Positions 25,640 through 37,542 of a stretch of 64,000 nt of DNA are shown one piece after another (positions within the stretch are counted from its first letter, which is position 1; each line of letters opens with the position of its first letter). Position numbers and translations under genes: made by a program. Source of the stretch: Felis catus. Its lineage: Eukaryota. The stretch covers positions 97,466,001-97,530,000 of the forward strand of contig NC_058368.1 in the NCBI RefSeq assembly GCF_018350175.1. The letters are read 5' to 3'. Below the pieces are notes generated by a model. That model was given only the letters and a program-made list of their open reading frames with translations. It was not told the DNA's origin and ran no database searches.

Positions 25640-27440
25640 AAACACGCATATTTATTGAGGGCCTTCTATTTTCAGGTATTATTTAAATGCTGGGAATTTA
25701 GATGTGAAGAGAGCAGACAAAAATCTGAGCTTACATTCTAGTGAAGGGCTATAGAAAAAAGGTAAAAATATATTAATAAATACTGTGGAGAGAAACCATG
25801 TTGCAGAAGTAGTGGAGAATGCCAAATAAGGGGCTGGTCAGGATAAGCCTCACAGAGAAGGTACTGTTTGAGAAAGGATCTAATAGAGATGAGGGAGCTA
25901 GCTATGTGAATATTTAGAGAAAGAGTATGTTAGGAAGAGGAACAGCTAGTGCAAAGATGCTGAGGTCAGAGCATGTTTGGTATGTACAGGAGCAGCAAGG
26001 AGGATATTGTGACTGGAGCGGAGTAAGTGATGCGGAACGTAGTCAGGGATAAAGTTGGAAAACCAGCCTGGCAAGATCATACAATGGGCTGTATGGCCCA
26101 TTTTGGTAACTTTGGCTTTTAATCTGAAGAACATGGAAACCATTGACAGATTGATATGATCTCACTTAGGTTTTGAAAGGATTTCTCTTGCTGTTGTACA
26201 CATTAGACATGGGAGCTGAAGTGGAATCAGAAAGGCCAATCCAAGAATCTTTATAGTAGTCCATGAGACAGTCTCAAAGCGGCTTATAATGGTAGCAAGT
26301 GGTAGTGATAAAGATGGTAAGATTTGGACAAATCTTAACAGTGTGGAGGTTCCTCAAAAAATTAAAAGTAGAACTACCCTATGACCCAGCAATAGCACTG
26401 CTAGGAATCTACCCAAAGATACAGAAGTGCTGATGCATAGGGGTACATGTACCTCAATGTTTATAACAGCACTTTCAACAATAACCAAATCATGGAAAAA
26501 GCCTAAATGTCCATCAACTGACAAATGGATAAAGAAGATGTGGTTTATGTATACAAAGGAGTACTACTTGGCAATGAGAAGGAATGAAATCTGGCCATTT
26601 GCAACAACTGGAGGGTATTATGCTAAGTGAAATAAGCCAGGCAAAGAAAGACAGATACCATATGTTGTCACTCATATGTGGATCCTGAGAAACTCAACAG
26701 AAGACCAGGGGGAGGGGAAGGGGAAAAATAAAGTTACAGAGAAGGAGGGAGGCAAACCGTAAGAGACTCTTAAATTCTGAGAACAAACTGAGGGTTGTTG
26801 GGGGGTACAGGGGAGGTGAAAGTGGGTGATAGGCAGGGAAGAGGGCAGTTGTTGGGATGAGCACTCGGTGTTGTATGGAAACCAATTTGACAAGAAATTA
26901 TATTTTAAAAAAAAGAATTGGACAAATCGGGATGTGGTTTGAACATCAAATAGGCAAGATTGAACTGGATTAGGGCTTGTATGAGCAAAAGAGGATGATG
27001 GCCCACATTTGTGTGTGAGCACAAGGAAGAATAGAATGACCTTGAGTTGAGAAGAATGTATAAGTAGCAGATTTTGAAGAGCATGGATTTTTGAGAGCCT
27101 GGTGTTGGACATGTTAATGTTGAGATGACTGTTTGACACCTAGGAGACCTAGTAAGCTAGTCTATAGTTTAGAGGGAAGCCCAGTCTGAAGATATAAAAT
27201 GAGTACTTGTCAGAATATAAATTTAAAAGCATGGAGCTGAATGAGATCCCTGAAGAAAAGAAGAAGTGATAGGATTGAACCCTGGAGCATGCCATTGTTG
27301 AAAGTAGGGTAAATGTGGTGTATAGTGGAAGCCGAATGAAGACAGTTCAAGAAGGGAGTGATCACCAGAATCAAATGCTGCTCATAGATTAAGTGTGTTG
27401 AAGATCAAATTTAACAATGTGACCTTGACTAGAGTAGTCA
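25640..27440 (-). mobile_element. Degraded L2, interrupted by a younger L1
   Basis: atatttattgagggccttctat..gctgggaat..; ggatttctcttgctg; ttggacatgttaatgttgagatg are L2-like motifs on both sides of the L1. Confidence 0.6.
26338..26914 (+). mobile_element. 5'-truncated L1 (ORF2 tail and 3'UTR)
   Basis: ORF 26427..26630 is L1 ORF2-like; TSD aagatttggacaaatc/aagaattggacaaatc. Confidence 0.92.
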
Positions 27441-27533
27441 GGACATAAGTAGCTTGAGAAATCAGCATATAGACATAATATATCAGCTTGTTTCTTTAGC
27501 TCCATCTTTCTTACCTCAAAATTAATCCCCGAA

Positions 27534-27750
27534 GGGACACCTGGATGGCTCAGTTGGTTAAGCGTCCGACTTCAGCTCAGGTCATGATCTCGCGGTTTGT
27601 GAGTTTGAACCCCGCGTTGGGCTCTGTTCTGACAGCTCATGGCCTGGAGCCTGCTTCGGTTTCTGTGTCTCCCTCTCTCTTTGCCCCTCCCATGCTCAGG
27701 CTCTGTCTCTTTTGGTCTCTCAGTAATACATAAACGTTAAAAAAAAAAAT
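27534..27750 (+). mobile_element. Can-SINE
   Basis: gggacacctggatggctcagttggttaagcg head, A tail. Confidence 0.9.
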
Positions 27751-28093
27751 TTTTTTTTAAATTATGCCCGAAAAGCATTGATTCTTAGAATATTTCCATG
27801 AGATTGAAGTCAGTCCTTCATATTTATAGATGTGAAATATTCTTTCCCCTAGCAGTCACCGCACACTGCTTTTGTTTTTCTCTGTACCAACTGAGCCATA
27901 ATTCTTATTCATTCCAACATAATTAGGTAAGGTAAAGTCCCAGAATGTTTATGATGAGAGCAACTTAGGGACTTATTTAGCCCCACTTGACCTTATTTCT
28001 CTACTATGCCTGAAATTTCATGTTAATTATTATTTTTTAATTTAATTGTTAAATAAAGGAGATATCCTTTTTTTTTTTTTTTTTTTTAAACAG

Positions 28094-28183
28094 AAATATG
28101 TTGGTGAAGTGTTTAACATAGTAAGTCAGCAGTCAACTGCCAGGCCAGGATGCATTATCGCATTAGATCCCATTACCAAACTT
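28094..28183 (+). CDS. DMXL1: DMXL1 exon 14 (90 nt, phase 0->0)
   Basis: poly-T aaacag|AAA TAT; KYVGEVFNIVSQQSTARPGCIIALDPITKL; CTT|gtaagt. Confidence 0.94.
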
Positions 28184-28267
28184 GTAAGTATTATTCTTCT
28201 GGCCACTTAGCATTAGGTAAATAACACATATGTCAACTTATATATGTTGGTATTTATTTACATTCAG

Positions 28268-28370
28268 CAAGGCAGAAAAACCCAGCTGCTTCATGTTTTT
28301 CAAGAAGATTTCATTTTGAATAACCTCGAGAAGAAAAGTCTGGGAAAAGACAGAATATTGTCTGATGCAG
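28268..28370 (+). CDS. DMXL1: DMXL1 exon 15 (103 nt, phase 0->1)
   Basis: attcag|CAA GGC; QGRKTQLLHVFQEDFILNNLEKKSLGKDRILSDA; G|gtaaag. Confidence 0.93.
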
Positions 28371-28529
28371 GTAAAGAATAATTTTTGTATGTAGTGAGAA
28401 ATATTATGTAGAGTATATTAAGCAGTTAATGAAGATAAGTTGATATAGTATTTCATACCATCTATGTGAACTTAAAATTTTCCTATGTAGGTTTCTGATA
28501 TTATTTAACATATAAATACCAGTATTTTT

Positions 28530-28756
28530 GGGGTGCCTGGGTGGCTCAGTTGGTTGAACGTCTGACTTCGGCTCAGGTCATGATCTCACGGTCCGTGAGT
28601 TCAAGCCCTGCGTCGGGCTCTGTGCTGACAGCTCAGAGCCTGGAGCCTGTTTCGGATTCTGTGTCTCCTTCTCTCTCTGCCCCTCCCCTGTTCATGCTCT
28701 GTCTCTGTCTCAAAAATAAATAAACATTAAAAAAAACTTTTTCTTTAAATAAAAAA
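28530..28756 (+). mobile_element. Can-SINE
   Basis: Canonical body; TSD AAATACCAGTATTTTT. Confidence 0.92.
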
Positions 28757-28965
28757 AAATACCAGTATTTTTAAATTCTTAAACCTGGATATAAACATGA
28801 AAACATTAAAGGGGTTTGTCAATTACATTTTTTAAAAAGCATAATAGAAATGTTTTTTACGATAAATGTGTGAGTACTCTTTGCATGGACAGGGTCCTCC
28901 ACCAGCAATTTGGGTAATAGGGACACCTGACCTTTTAGAAACCTACAGTTTAAAGCAGTAGTGTA

Positions 28966-29141
28966 GGGACGCCTGGGTGGCTCAGTTGGTTGATCGTCCT
29001 TTGGCTCAGGTCATGATCTCATGGCGGTGAGTTCAAGCGCCACATTGGACTTTGCATTAAAAAAGCACAGAGCCTGCTTTGGATTCCCTGTCTCCCTCTC
29101 TCTCTGCCCCTTTCCCTCAAAAATAAACATTAAAACAAAAA
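28966..29141 (+). mobile_element. Can-SINE (degenerate, short)
   Basis: gggacgcctgggtggctcagttggttg head, CT tract, A tail. Confidence 0.82.
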
Positions 29142-30682
29142 ATTTTAAAACAGTAGCTTAAAACTTCAAATTATAAAGACTGCCTTAATACTTTCAAGTT
29201 AAACATTTAAAAAAATTATATTAAACTCCTACACTCAGAATTAACTGTTACTTTGCGTAAAGGAAAATAGAACAAAATGAAACTAAAATCTCTTGGTCAT
29301 CAGTTTCACGTACGGAGCCAAACCAAACTCAGAAATGACTTTCCTTGCACATGAACCATACATACAGCTTGTGCCTGCTGCTTTTGTTTTCCGGGATTTT
29401 TGTTTGTTTGTTGGTTTTGGTTTTTTGTGCCTGTTGCTTTTTAAAATCCATTATTAAGCCTCAAGTAATATTATTTTCATTTTATATTTGTTCCTGATTA
29501 TTTGTCTTATTCCTCTTGTGCATTATTTCTTAATTCTACCTTTTTCCATTTTCCTTTTCTTTTGAGTTTTGCACCGTTATGTCGAATATCTAGTTTCTTA
29601 CCACTGTTTTCATTTAGTCTGTCATTTTCTCTGAGAATTCATGAACTGTGCAACAACACAGTGCTTTGGTAAGTTCTGAATATAAGGATAGAAAGATACT
29701 AAAATTGGTAAATAAAGATGTCAGGTACAAGATAAAGGGTTATTTATATCAACAAAATGTTCTTTTTGATTCCTTTCATATCTTAAAATATTAATAACAT
29801 TAATATTGTAACATCCAAATCTCTCTAAGGTTTTTAAAAGAAATTACTCTCTTATGCTTAAGGTTGAGTTTGTTGTGATCTTAATCTATTCCAGCATTTT
29901 CTTTTCTATGAGTCTTTAATTTTTAACTTTTGTTTTCTCTTTAAGTCTTTTTTCTAGTTTTTCTTAAAATATTCAGGGAATTCTACTTTTACTCAAAAGC
30001 TATTATCTTCATTATTGTAGTTTTCTAGAAAACACCCAAAATGTTCATCTTATTTTGCTGTAATGTTAAGAAGAGAAGAAATATTTCACAGATACTTTCA
30101 TTAATAGGACATTCTTTCTTGTTAGTAAAATTATCAGAAATAGATTGATCTCTGATCTTTTGTCTTTAGTTACTATCCCTTATCCTTTCCCTCCCCTAAA
30201 TTCTTGTGCTTTAAATGCCTAACTCACCTGGAACACGTTACCAAAGCTACCTTTTCATTTAGTCTTGTAACACAATATGATTTGTGTGTGGTTTTTTTCC
30301 TGATTTTTATATGCTGTATGGTTTATATAGTTTCTATAATTTTTCTTTACATGATTTTGTACATAAGATTAGCTTGTAACCAAGAAGACTTGGATAAAAT
30401 TTAAACCAGGTCCATTTTATTTCAGTTAATAATGAGTCACTGATTTTATATTTTAGTTGCAGTTTTTTGGTTTATTTTGAGCAGCTTATGCACTGCTTAA
30501 ATCATGGAGTTTTGACCAAGAAAAATGTTCTTAAATAATATGATGAATAATTAAATAAATACTTTTTTTTGGTTTGGTTCTTAGATAAACATCATTAATA
30601 GATCATTCCATTATGGAAGTTATTTACTTTGAATTGTGTTTGGCAACACAATTTTAATCATGGTAGTAGTGCTGATTAAAAA

Positions 30683-30896
30683 AAATTTTTTTTATGTTTA
30701 TTTGATTTTGAGAGAGAGAGCGAGACAGAGCACAAGCAGGGGAGGGGCAGAGGAGAGGGAGACACAGAATCTGAAGCAGGCTGCAGGCTCCCAGCTGTTA
30801 GCACAGAGCCCGGTGCAGGTCTGAAACCTAGGAACTGTGAGATCACGACTTGAGCTGAAGTCTGATGCTTAACTGACTGAGCCACCCAGGCACCCC
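30683..30896 (-). mobile_element. Can-SINE
   Basis: T-tail, (GA)n, ends gccacccaggcacccc. Confidence 0.9.
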
Positions 30897-31251
30897 ATGA
30901 TGTATTCATTTAAAGTATATGTCACAACGTCACAGCGTCTCTGTTCAGAAATTTCCTTATTATAGTGTAACCTATGTGAATGATGTGACAGTGATGACTG
31001 TGATATGTGATTTTTTAAGCCTGTCAATTCAAAGATGAAATTTAAGCATAGCATACATATAATTGTTAAAATTTCAAGTTGATACAAATTCATGTGGTAA
31101 AAAAGTTGATTGTACTCTATAATGTTACTTTCTACGTAGAATTTTAGGTAAGGGTTTTAATTTTTTTTTTAATTCACTTATTTTAACTTGGTGTATTTAA
31201 TAAGTTGTCTCATTTATTCATGTTAATAGTGAAAATTATTAATACCAACAG

Positions 31252-31371
31252 GCAGCTCACCTAATGGATTTTCTGAGAAATTCTACCTAATTGTAATAGA
31301 GTGCACCCAAGACAACCAATCATTGTTACACATGTGGAATTTACATTTAAAGTCTATTCCTGTCTCATTAG
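31252..31371 (+). CDS. DMXL1: DMXL1 exon 16 (120 nt, phase 1->1)
   Basis: caacag|GC AGC TCA; SSPNGFSEKFYLIVIECTQDNQSLLHMWNLHLKSIPVSL; G|gtgagt. Confidence 0.92.
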
Positions 31372-31663
31372 GTGAGTCTTTTTAATTTTTTTTTTAACTT
31401 TAGGCTTAAATTAACAAATTATATGTGGTTAGATAGTTCACTGCATATTTTTTAAAGCTGTTCTTATTGAGTGAAGGTAACTGTAGTTTATTCAATTAAT
31501 TTAAAAAGCAAACTGATTCTCTCATTTTCTTATTGTAAAAAATCATATTAGTATGTTTTAAAATCTTTTATAAGGCTTTTGGATTATAAAATGTAGTAAT
31601 TTTAATACTTACAGGGATTCCCCCTTTCCCCCTGGTTTTTGGTTCTTTTCTTATGTTTTATAG

Positions 31664-31885
31664 ATGAAAAAGTAGATACAAAAATAACTGAAGCAGTTTG
31701 GCAACCAGAAGAACATTATTCATCTTCTCCAGAGAAGATCCTGTCTCCTTTTTCACAGAAGTATCAGGCTTGCAGAGCAAATCTCCAGAGTACCAGCAAG
31801 TTAACTCTGTCTTCAGAAATGGTTTATAGTCAAGAATTGAATTTGCCAGAAGGAGTTGAGATAATAAGTGTTAAGCCATCAGCAG
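31664..31885 (+). CDS. DMXL1: DMXL1 exon 17 (222 nt, phase 1->1)
   Basis: ttatag|AT GAA AAA; EKVDTKITEAVWQPEEHY...LPEGVEIISVKPSA; G|gtttgt. Confidence 0.93.
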
Positions 31886-31960
31886 GTTTGTAAAGTTTGT
31901 AAAAAGAGACTACTCAAACTTTGGAATCTATGAATATTCAGTAAGGTATTTAAAAAGAGA

Positions 31961-32190
31961 GGGGCGCCTGAGTGGCGCAGTCGGTTAAGCGTCCGACTTC
32001 AGCCAGGTCACGATCTCGCGGTCCGGGAGTTCGAGCCCCGCGTCAGGTTCTGGGCTGATGGCTTGGAGCCTGGAGCCTGTTTCCAATTCTGTGTCTCCCT
32101 CTCTCTCTGCCCCTCCCCCGTTCATGCTCTGTCTCTCTCTGTCCCAAAAATAAATAAACGTTGAAAAAATATATATATATATATATAAAG
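31961..32190 (+). mobile_element. Can-SINE, young subfamily, (AT)n in tail
   Basis: CpG-rich body with gcgcagtcgg and cagccaggtcacg features shared with the 24825 and 61003 copies. Confidence 0.94.
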
Positions 32191-32513
32191 AGGCATAGCT
32201 ACCTGTTCTTAAATGCACATGGAAGCAGAAATGGAAACACTCTCTTTACCTTAAACTGAAAACTTACGTTCTCATTATGTTTTCAGATGTCTGACATTTG
32301 CCAGCGAGTTGTAGCATTAAGTAGTGATTTCCAAAACAAATTTTCATGACGTCTTTATGAAGAAAAACTGAGCGTTTCCAGGGCAGAGATAGTAACAAGT
32401 TTGTGCCTTATTTGCCAACTTTGATAATGTTGGTCATGGCTGCCTGGAGCTGTGTGCTCTGAGGGATTTCGAATGGGTCATTCCTTGTAATATTTATCAT
32501 CTTTAATCTAGAG

Positions 32514-32699
32514 CAGTGGTTCTCAAAATGTGATCTCCAGACCAGCAGCATCAGCATTATCTGGGAACTTGTTAGAAATAAAAATTCTTGGTCTACACCC
32601 TCCCAGGTGTACTGAATCACAAATGCTGGTGTACCTCACAGGCTGGTTCAACAAGGGACCCAGGTGATTCTAATTCATACAATAGATAAAGAACCACGA
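32514..32699. mobile_element. MER5A-like hAT-Charlie MITE
   Basis: Terminal inverted repeats CAGTGGTTCT / AGAACCAC; internal accagcagcatcagcat..tgggaacttgttagaaat; flanking TCTAG target motif. Confidence 0.82.
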
Positions 32700-33424
32700 T
32701 TCTAGGGTATCAGGAAAACCAAGACAAAATCACCTTTTATTACCCACTTCTTTGAGTTTCATAGTCACAGTGTGCATTTGGTCTTTTCTACTTCTCTGTC
32801 ATTTTTTGAACTGATGACTTGGAATGCTTTGCAGTTTGCCGTGTCATTATCAAGTACTTTTCTAATTGGTGAAGTTAGGAGCTGGGGTATTAACATTGTT
32901 CTAATAACTTTTAATTTTATTTCTTCATATATTTTAGTGAAAGAAGCATTAATGCAAAGAAAAAGTTTGAAAAAGAATGACGTTTGTATAGACACAATTT
33001 TAAGAACTGTTCCCTTAGCCAGAATAGTTGGATCGTCACTACTGAACTCTAATTAAAATAATATGGGAAATCTAAGAGAAATATTTCTAAAAACAGCCCT
33101 CTTATTTAACTTTGGCCCAAGTTGAGTTTGGCAGAAGAGTAGGAGTTCTAGCGAAAAAGGAGAAATTCGTTTTGTTTGGCAAAAAATAGCATAGAGAAAA
33201 AGCATTTTTCCTAGTCTTAATTTTTTTTTTTTTAATATCAAGACTATTAAGAAGGTCAGCTACTCTCTACTCAGCTCAGAGATACCAACGGACAATGCTA
33301 ATTGTGTCCTTTCACAACACTGCTATCCTCCTTGAGGACTTAAAAAAAACTTTATTAAAATTATGTTGAAATGCTTTTAAAATATGATAGATATCCTATA
33401 TAGCATTTCTATGTTGTAATTAGT

Positions 33425-33617
33425 TCATGGGTTAGCAAACTATGGGCTACCTACCTGTTTTGTAAATAAGTTTGAACATAGCCACTCGTATTTGTCTACT
33501 TTTTGTGTATACCTGCTTTTGCTCTAGACTCCTAGAGTGGAATAGATGCATCAGAGACCCTGTGGCTAGGAACCTAAAATAGTCACTACCATCTTGAAGA
33601 AAAAGAAGTTTGCCAGT
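33425..33617. mobile_element. MER58A-like hAT-Charlie MITE
   Basis: gggttagcaaactatgg..cctgttttgtaaataa..gaacatagccac...cagagacc.tgtggc..cctaaaata...agtttgcca. Confidence 0.7.
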
Positions 33618-34237
33618 GGTTTAGGAAATTAAAAGTGTGTCATTACATTAAGGATGGCAAATGTTTTGTCCCACTTAAGAATCTTCTCAGCATCAGTAAT
33701 GTCACATAGACATCAGTTACGGAGGGCTCACCTAGTACTTCAGTAAGCATGGGCTGCTTACAAAATTGTATTGAAAAAGATGAAAGAGAAGGAGCCAGGA
33801 AATGTTGACACAGTTTTAAAAATATATTGGTATCTTTAAAATGAGATGCATATTAATATATAAAATGAGCAGAGAGACTACTGGTTTGAGAACCAGCATT
33901 AGAATTCAGGTTTTCTAACTCTGCGTCATTCTAGCTTGTGTTTGATTTAGTGTAAGATACATCACATATTTGGTCAAAGGTCCTTACCTATTAAATGTAG
34001 GAACTGAAGCAGACCACCTCAGAGTTCTCTTCCAGTTCTCGGTTTTGGTAATATTGCCCTTTATGTATACCTTTTTGACATCTTTAAAAGCATTTTACTG
34101 ATCTTGTTGACTCTTAAACTGAGTATAGGCCGTCATGTTGTTAACAGGAGTTTGTACAAAGACTAAAACCTTTAGTACATGAAAACAGAAATACTTATCC
34201 AATTTGACATTTTGTTAATAGATCATTTTTGTTTTAG

Positions 34238-35923
34238 GACATCTGAGTTCTTCTTCCATATATCCTGTGTGCAGTGCTCCTTATTTATTGGCAACTTCGT
34301 GCTCTGATGAGAAAGTAAGATTCTGGAGATGCAGAGTAACAGATGGAGAATCTGCCACATTGAAGAATGGAAAAATGGATCTTGTATACATTTGGGAAGA
34401 ATGGCCGTTACTTATTGAGGATGGACTTCATAGCAATAGTAGTATAACCGTCCCTGGTAGGCCTGTAGAAGTTAGCTGTGCACATACAAATCGGTTAGCA
34501 GTAGCCTATAAGCAGCCTGCATCTAATAGTAGGTCTTCTCAGGACTTTTTGATGCATGTAAGCATTTTTGAATGTGAGTCTACAGGAGGTTCCTGTTGGG
34601 TCCTTGAACAGACAATTCATTTAGACGAATTAAATACAGTGTTAGATTCTGGCATTAGTATTGATAGCAACTTAGTGGCTTACAATAAGCAAGAGGTGTA
34701 TTTCTCCAGTAAAGAGAGTATCACATCCAACACAAAGCATTTAGTTCACTTAGATTGGATGTCCAGAGAGGATGGTTCTCATATCCTCACTGTAGGAATT
34801 GGATCAAAACTTTTTATGTATGGACCCCTGGCTGGCAAGGTACAAGAACAGGCTGGTAAGGAAAGCCTTGCATTTCCTCTCTGGGAAAGCACTAAAGCTG
34901 TGCCTCTTTCTAAATTTGTGCTATTAAGAAGTATGGATTTGGTTTCTTCAGTAGAAGGCTCTCCACCTTTTCCTGTTTCTTTGTCATGGGTCCGGGATGG
35001 CATCCTGGTGGTAGGCATGGACTGTGAAATGCATGTATATTCCCAGTGGCAGCCATCTTCTAAACAAGAACCTGTTGTCACAGAGTCCTACAATGGGAGC
35101 ACTCCATCTATAATAAGTTTAATAAAACAGAGTAACTCATCAAGTTCTGGATTACATCCTCCAAAGAAAACTCTGACTCGATCCATGACCAGTCTTGCAC
35201 AGAAAATCTGTGGAAAGAGAACTGCCTTTGATCCTTCTGTGGACACAGAAGATTCAGGTCTTTTTGAAGCAGCTCATGTTCTTTCCCCAACTTTACCTCA
35301 GTACCATCCTTTGCAGCTTTTAGAACTCATGGACCTTGGCAAAGTTCGGAGAGCAAAGGCCATCTTGTCGCACCTTGTCAAGTGCATTGCTGGAGAGGTT
35401 GTGGCTCTGAATGAAGCCGAATCCAACCACGAGCGCCGCCTTAGATCTCTCACCATCAGTGCTAGTGGAAGTACTACCAGAGATCCCCAGGCTTTCAACA
35501 AAAGTGAAAATACAGATTATACAGAAATAGATTCTGTCCCTCCGCTTCCTTTATATGCCTTACTTGCAGCAGATGACGATAGCTGTTATGCGTCTTTAGA
35601 GAAATCTAGTAATCAAAGTACTTTAAACAACTCAAACCAGTTGTCAAAAGAAAGTTATGATGAGCTTTTTCAGATCCCAACTTTAATGACTGATAATCAC
35701 GTGTTAGAGACAGATGAAGAAAACACAAAGCCCAGGGTTATCGACCTTTCACAATACAGTCCAACTTACTTTGGTCCTGAGCACGCTCAGGTTCTCTCTG
35801 GCCACTTACTTCATTCTAGTTTACCAGGACTCAGCCGGATGGAGCAGATGTCTTTGATGGCCTTAGCAGACACAATCGCAACTACCAGCACTGATATCGG
35901 AGAAAGCAGAGACAGAAGCCAAG
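34238..35923 (+). CDS. DMXL1: DMXL1 exon 18 (1686 nt, phase 1->1; WD40 repeats and start of RAVE/Rav1p_C-like region)
   Basis: ttttag|GA CAT CTG; HLSSSSIYPVCSAPYLLATSCSDEKVRFW...LPQYHPLQLLELMDLGK...DIGESRDRSQ; G|gtaaaa; matches ORF 34267..36003. Confidence 0.96.
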
Positions 35924-36236
35924 GTAAAACTAAACTAGGTATGGGAGTGGCAGAACAGCTGGTCACCGTTCTACTTACTTATGCAGAAAATAATCTTAAG
36001 TAATTTTTATAAAAATTATGCCCATGACGGTTTTTAAAATCATTATTACTATACCTTCATGATAGTTTTAACTTTAATAGATACTATTTTTCCGTAAATC
36101 ATAGTACTTTGAGAGAGTATGCAGAGAGTCACTATGCCAGTCATTTTTACCTGATGTCTGCTTAATAATGTTAAAGATCCAATCGAATCCTTTTGAGTTT
36201 GGCAAAAGTTAACCTTCTTATTAAATAATCACTTTA

Positions 36237-36424
36237 GGGGCACCTGGGTGGCTCAGTCGGTTAAGTGGCCGACTTCAGCTCAGGTCACAATCTCACGGTC
36301 CGGGAGTTCGAGCCCCGCGTCGGGCTCTGGGCTGATGGCTCGGAGCCTGGAGCCTGCTTCCGGTTCTGTGTCTCCCTCTCTCTCTGCCCCTCCCCCATTC
36401 ATGCTCTGTCTCTCTTTGTCTCAA

Positions 36425-36450
<26 letters not shown>
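36237..36450 (+). mobile_element. Can-SINE with (AAAT)n tail
   Basis: Canonical body; TSD AAATAATCACTTTA. Confidence 0.93.
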
Positions 36451-36455
<5 letters not shown>

Positions 36456-36519
36456 CACTTTAAATACCTGAAAGTAAAAGGTGCTTTCTGCTTTTTCTCC
36501 TGTTGTAATCACTGTTAAT

Positions 36520-36732
36520 TTTTTTTTTTTTTTAAGTTTAAAAGAGAGTTTGCATGCATGTAGAGAGGTGAGGGGCAGAGAGAGAGAGCGAGAGAGGGAG
36601 AGAGTCCCAAGCATGCTCCATGCTATCATTGTGGAGCCTGACGCGGGGCTCAATCCCACAGACCTTGAGATCCTGACCTGGGCAGAAACCCATAAATTGG
36701 ATACTTAACCGAGTGAGCCAGCCAGATGCCCC
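36520..36732 (-). mobile_element. Can-SINE (older)
   Basis: T-tail, (GA)n, ends gagccagccagatgcccc; flanking CTGTTAAT repeat. Confidence 0.85.
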
Positions 36733-37434
36733 TGTTAATGGGTTTTTAAAATATTGAGGTTCTTTAAAATTAGCAGTAATGTATACTCCTGCTTAGCATA
36801 ACAAAAATAAGTATAATAAAATTAGGTCTTTTCCTCACCCAGAGAGCATTTTTTTCTTCTTAATCTGAGTTATAAAAAAAAAAAAAAAATTGGAAGGTAG
36901 AATTCACATCAGATCTCAGTAAGATTTGAAATTAACAAGTCTGGCCTTGTGCATAGGTCAGTAGGATGCACCCCTTGAACTGTGTTTGAAAGGAAAATAT
37001 GTAATTATTTTTTCCTGTGTTAGCAGTTGATTATTGGGATGGGTCTATGGCTTGAATCAACATGGAATTGCAGAGGGAAGGTTAAACTATTTTAAAATTT
37101 AGTTACATTTTAATTTAAACAAGATCAGATGGGAGGAGGTTGAGTTATGAAAAATATCGCTAACCCCAAGTCAATTCATTCTCTTTAATATTTTTCAAAA
37201 TATTTAACTATACTACTTTGGTCTGTGATGTTTGTTTGTGTAGACAAAGGAAATATTAGATAATAATTAGACCGGTAACTTTTGTTGGTTTCAGAATGTT
37301 TTGTTCCTGTATTTGGTGCTGTGACATATGCCACATGCCAGAATTATTAACATTTACTTGGAGTTTGCTCATGAAATGGTTTTCTTATAAATACAAAAAA
37401 GTAAATACTTTGTTATTGTTTTTGTTGTTCATAG

Positions 37435-37542
37435 GTGGAGAAACTCTCGATGAATGTGGGTTAAAATTTCTTTTAGCTGTTCGACTTCATACGTTCCTTA
37501 CAACTTCCCTTCCAGCTTACCGAGCTCAGCTCCTTCACCAAG
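37435..37542 (+). CDS. DMXL1: DMXL1 exon 19 (108 nt, phase 1->1)
   Basis: tcatag|GT GGA GAA; GETLDECGLKFLLAVRLHTFLTTSLPAYRAQLLHQ; G|gtgatt. Confidence 0.94.

Noticed and set aside
34779..35501. Antisense ORFs overlapping exon 18 (and 45463..45759 over exon 25)
   Set aside because: They are short shadow frames of the coding strand with no independent gene evidence.
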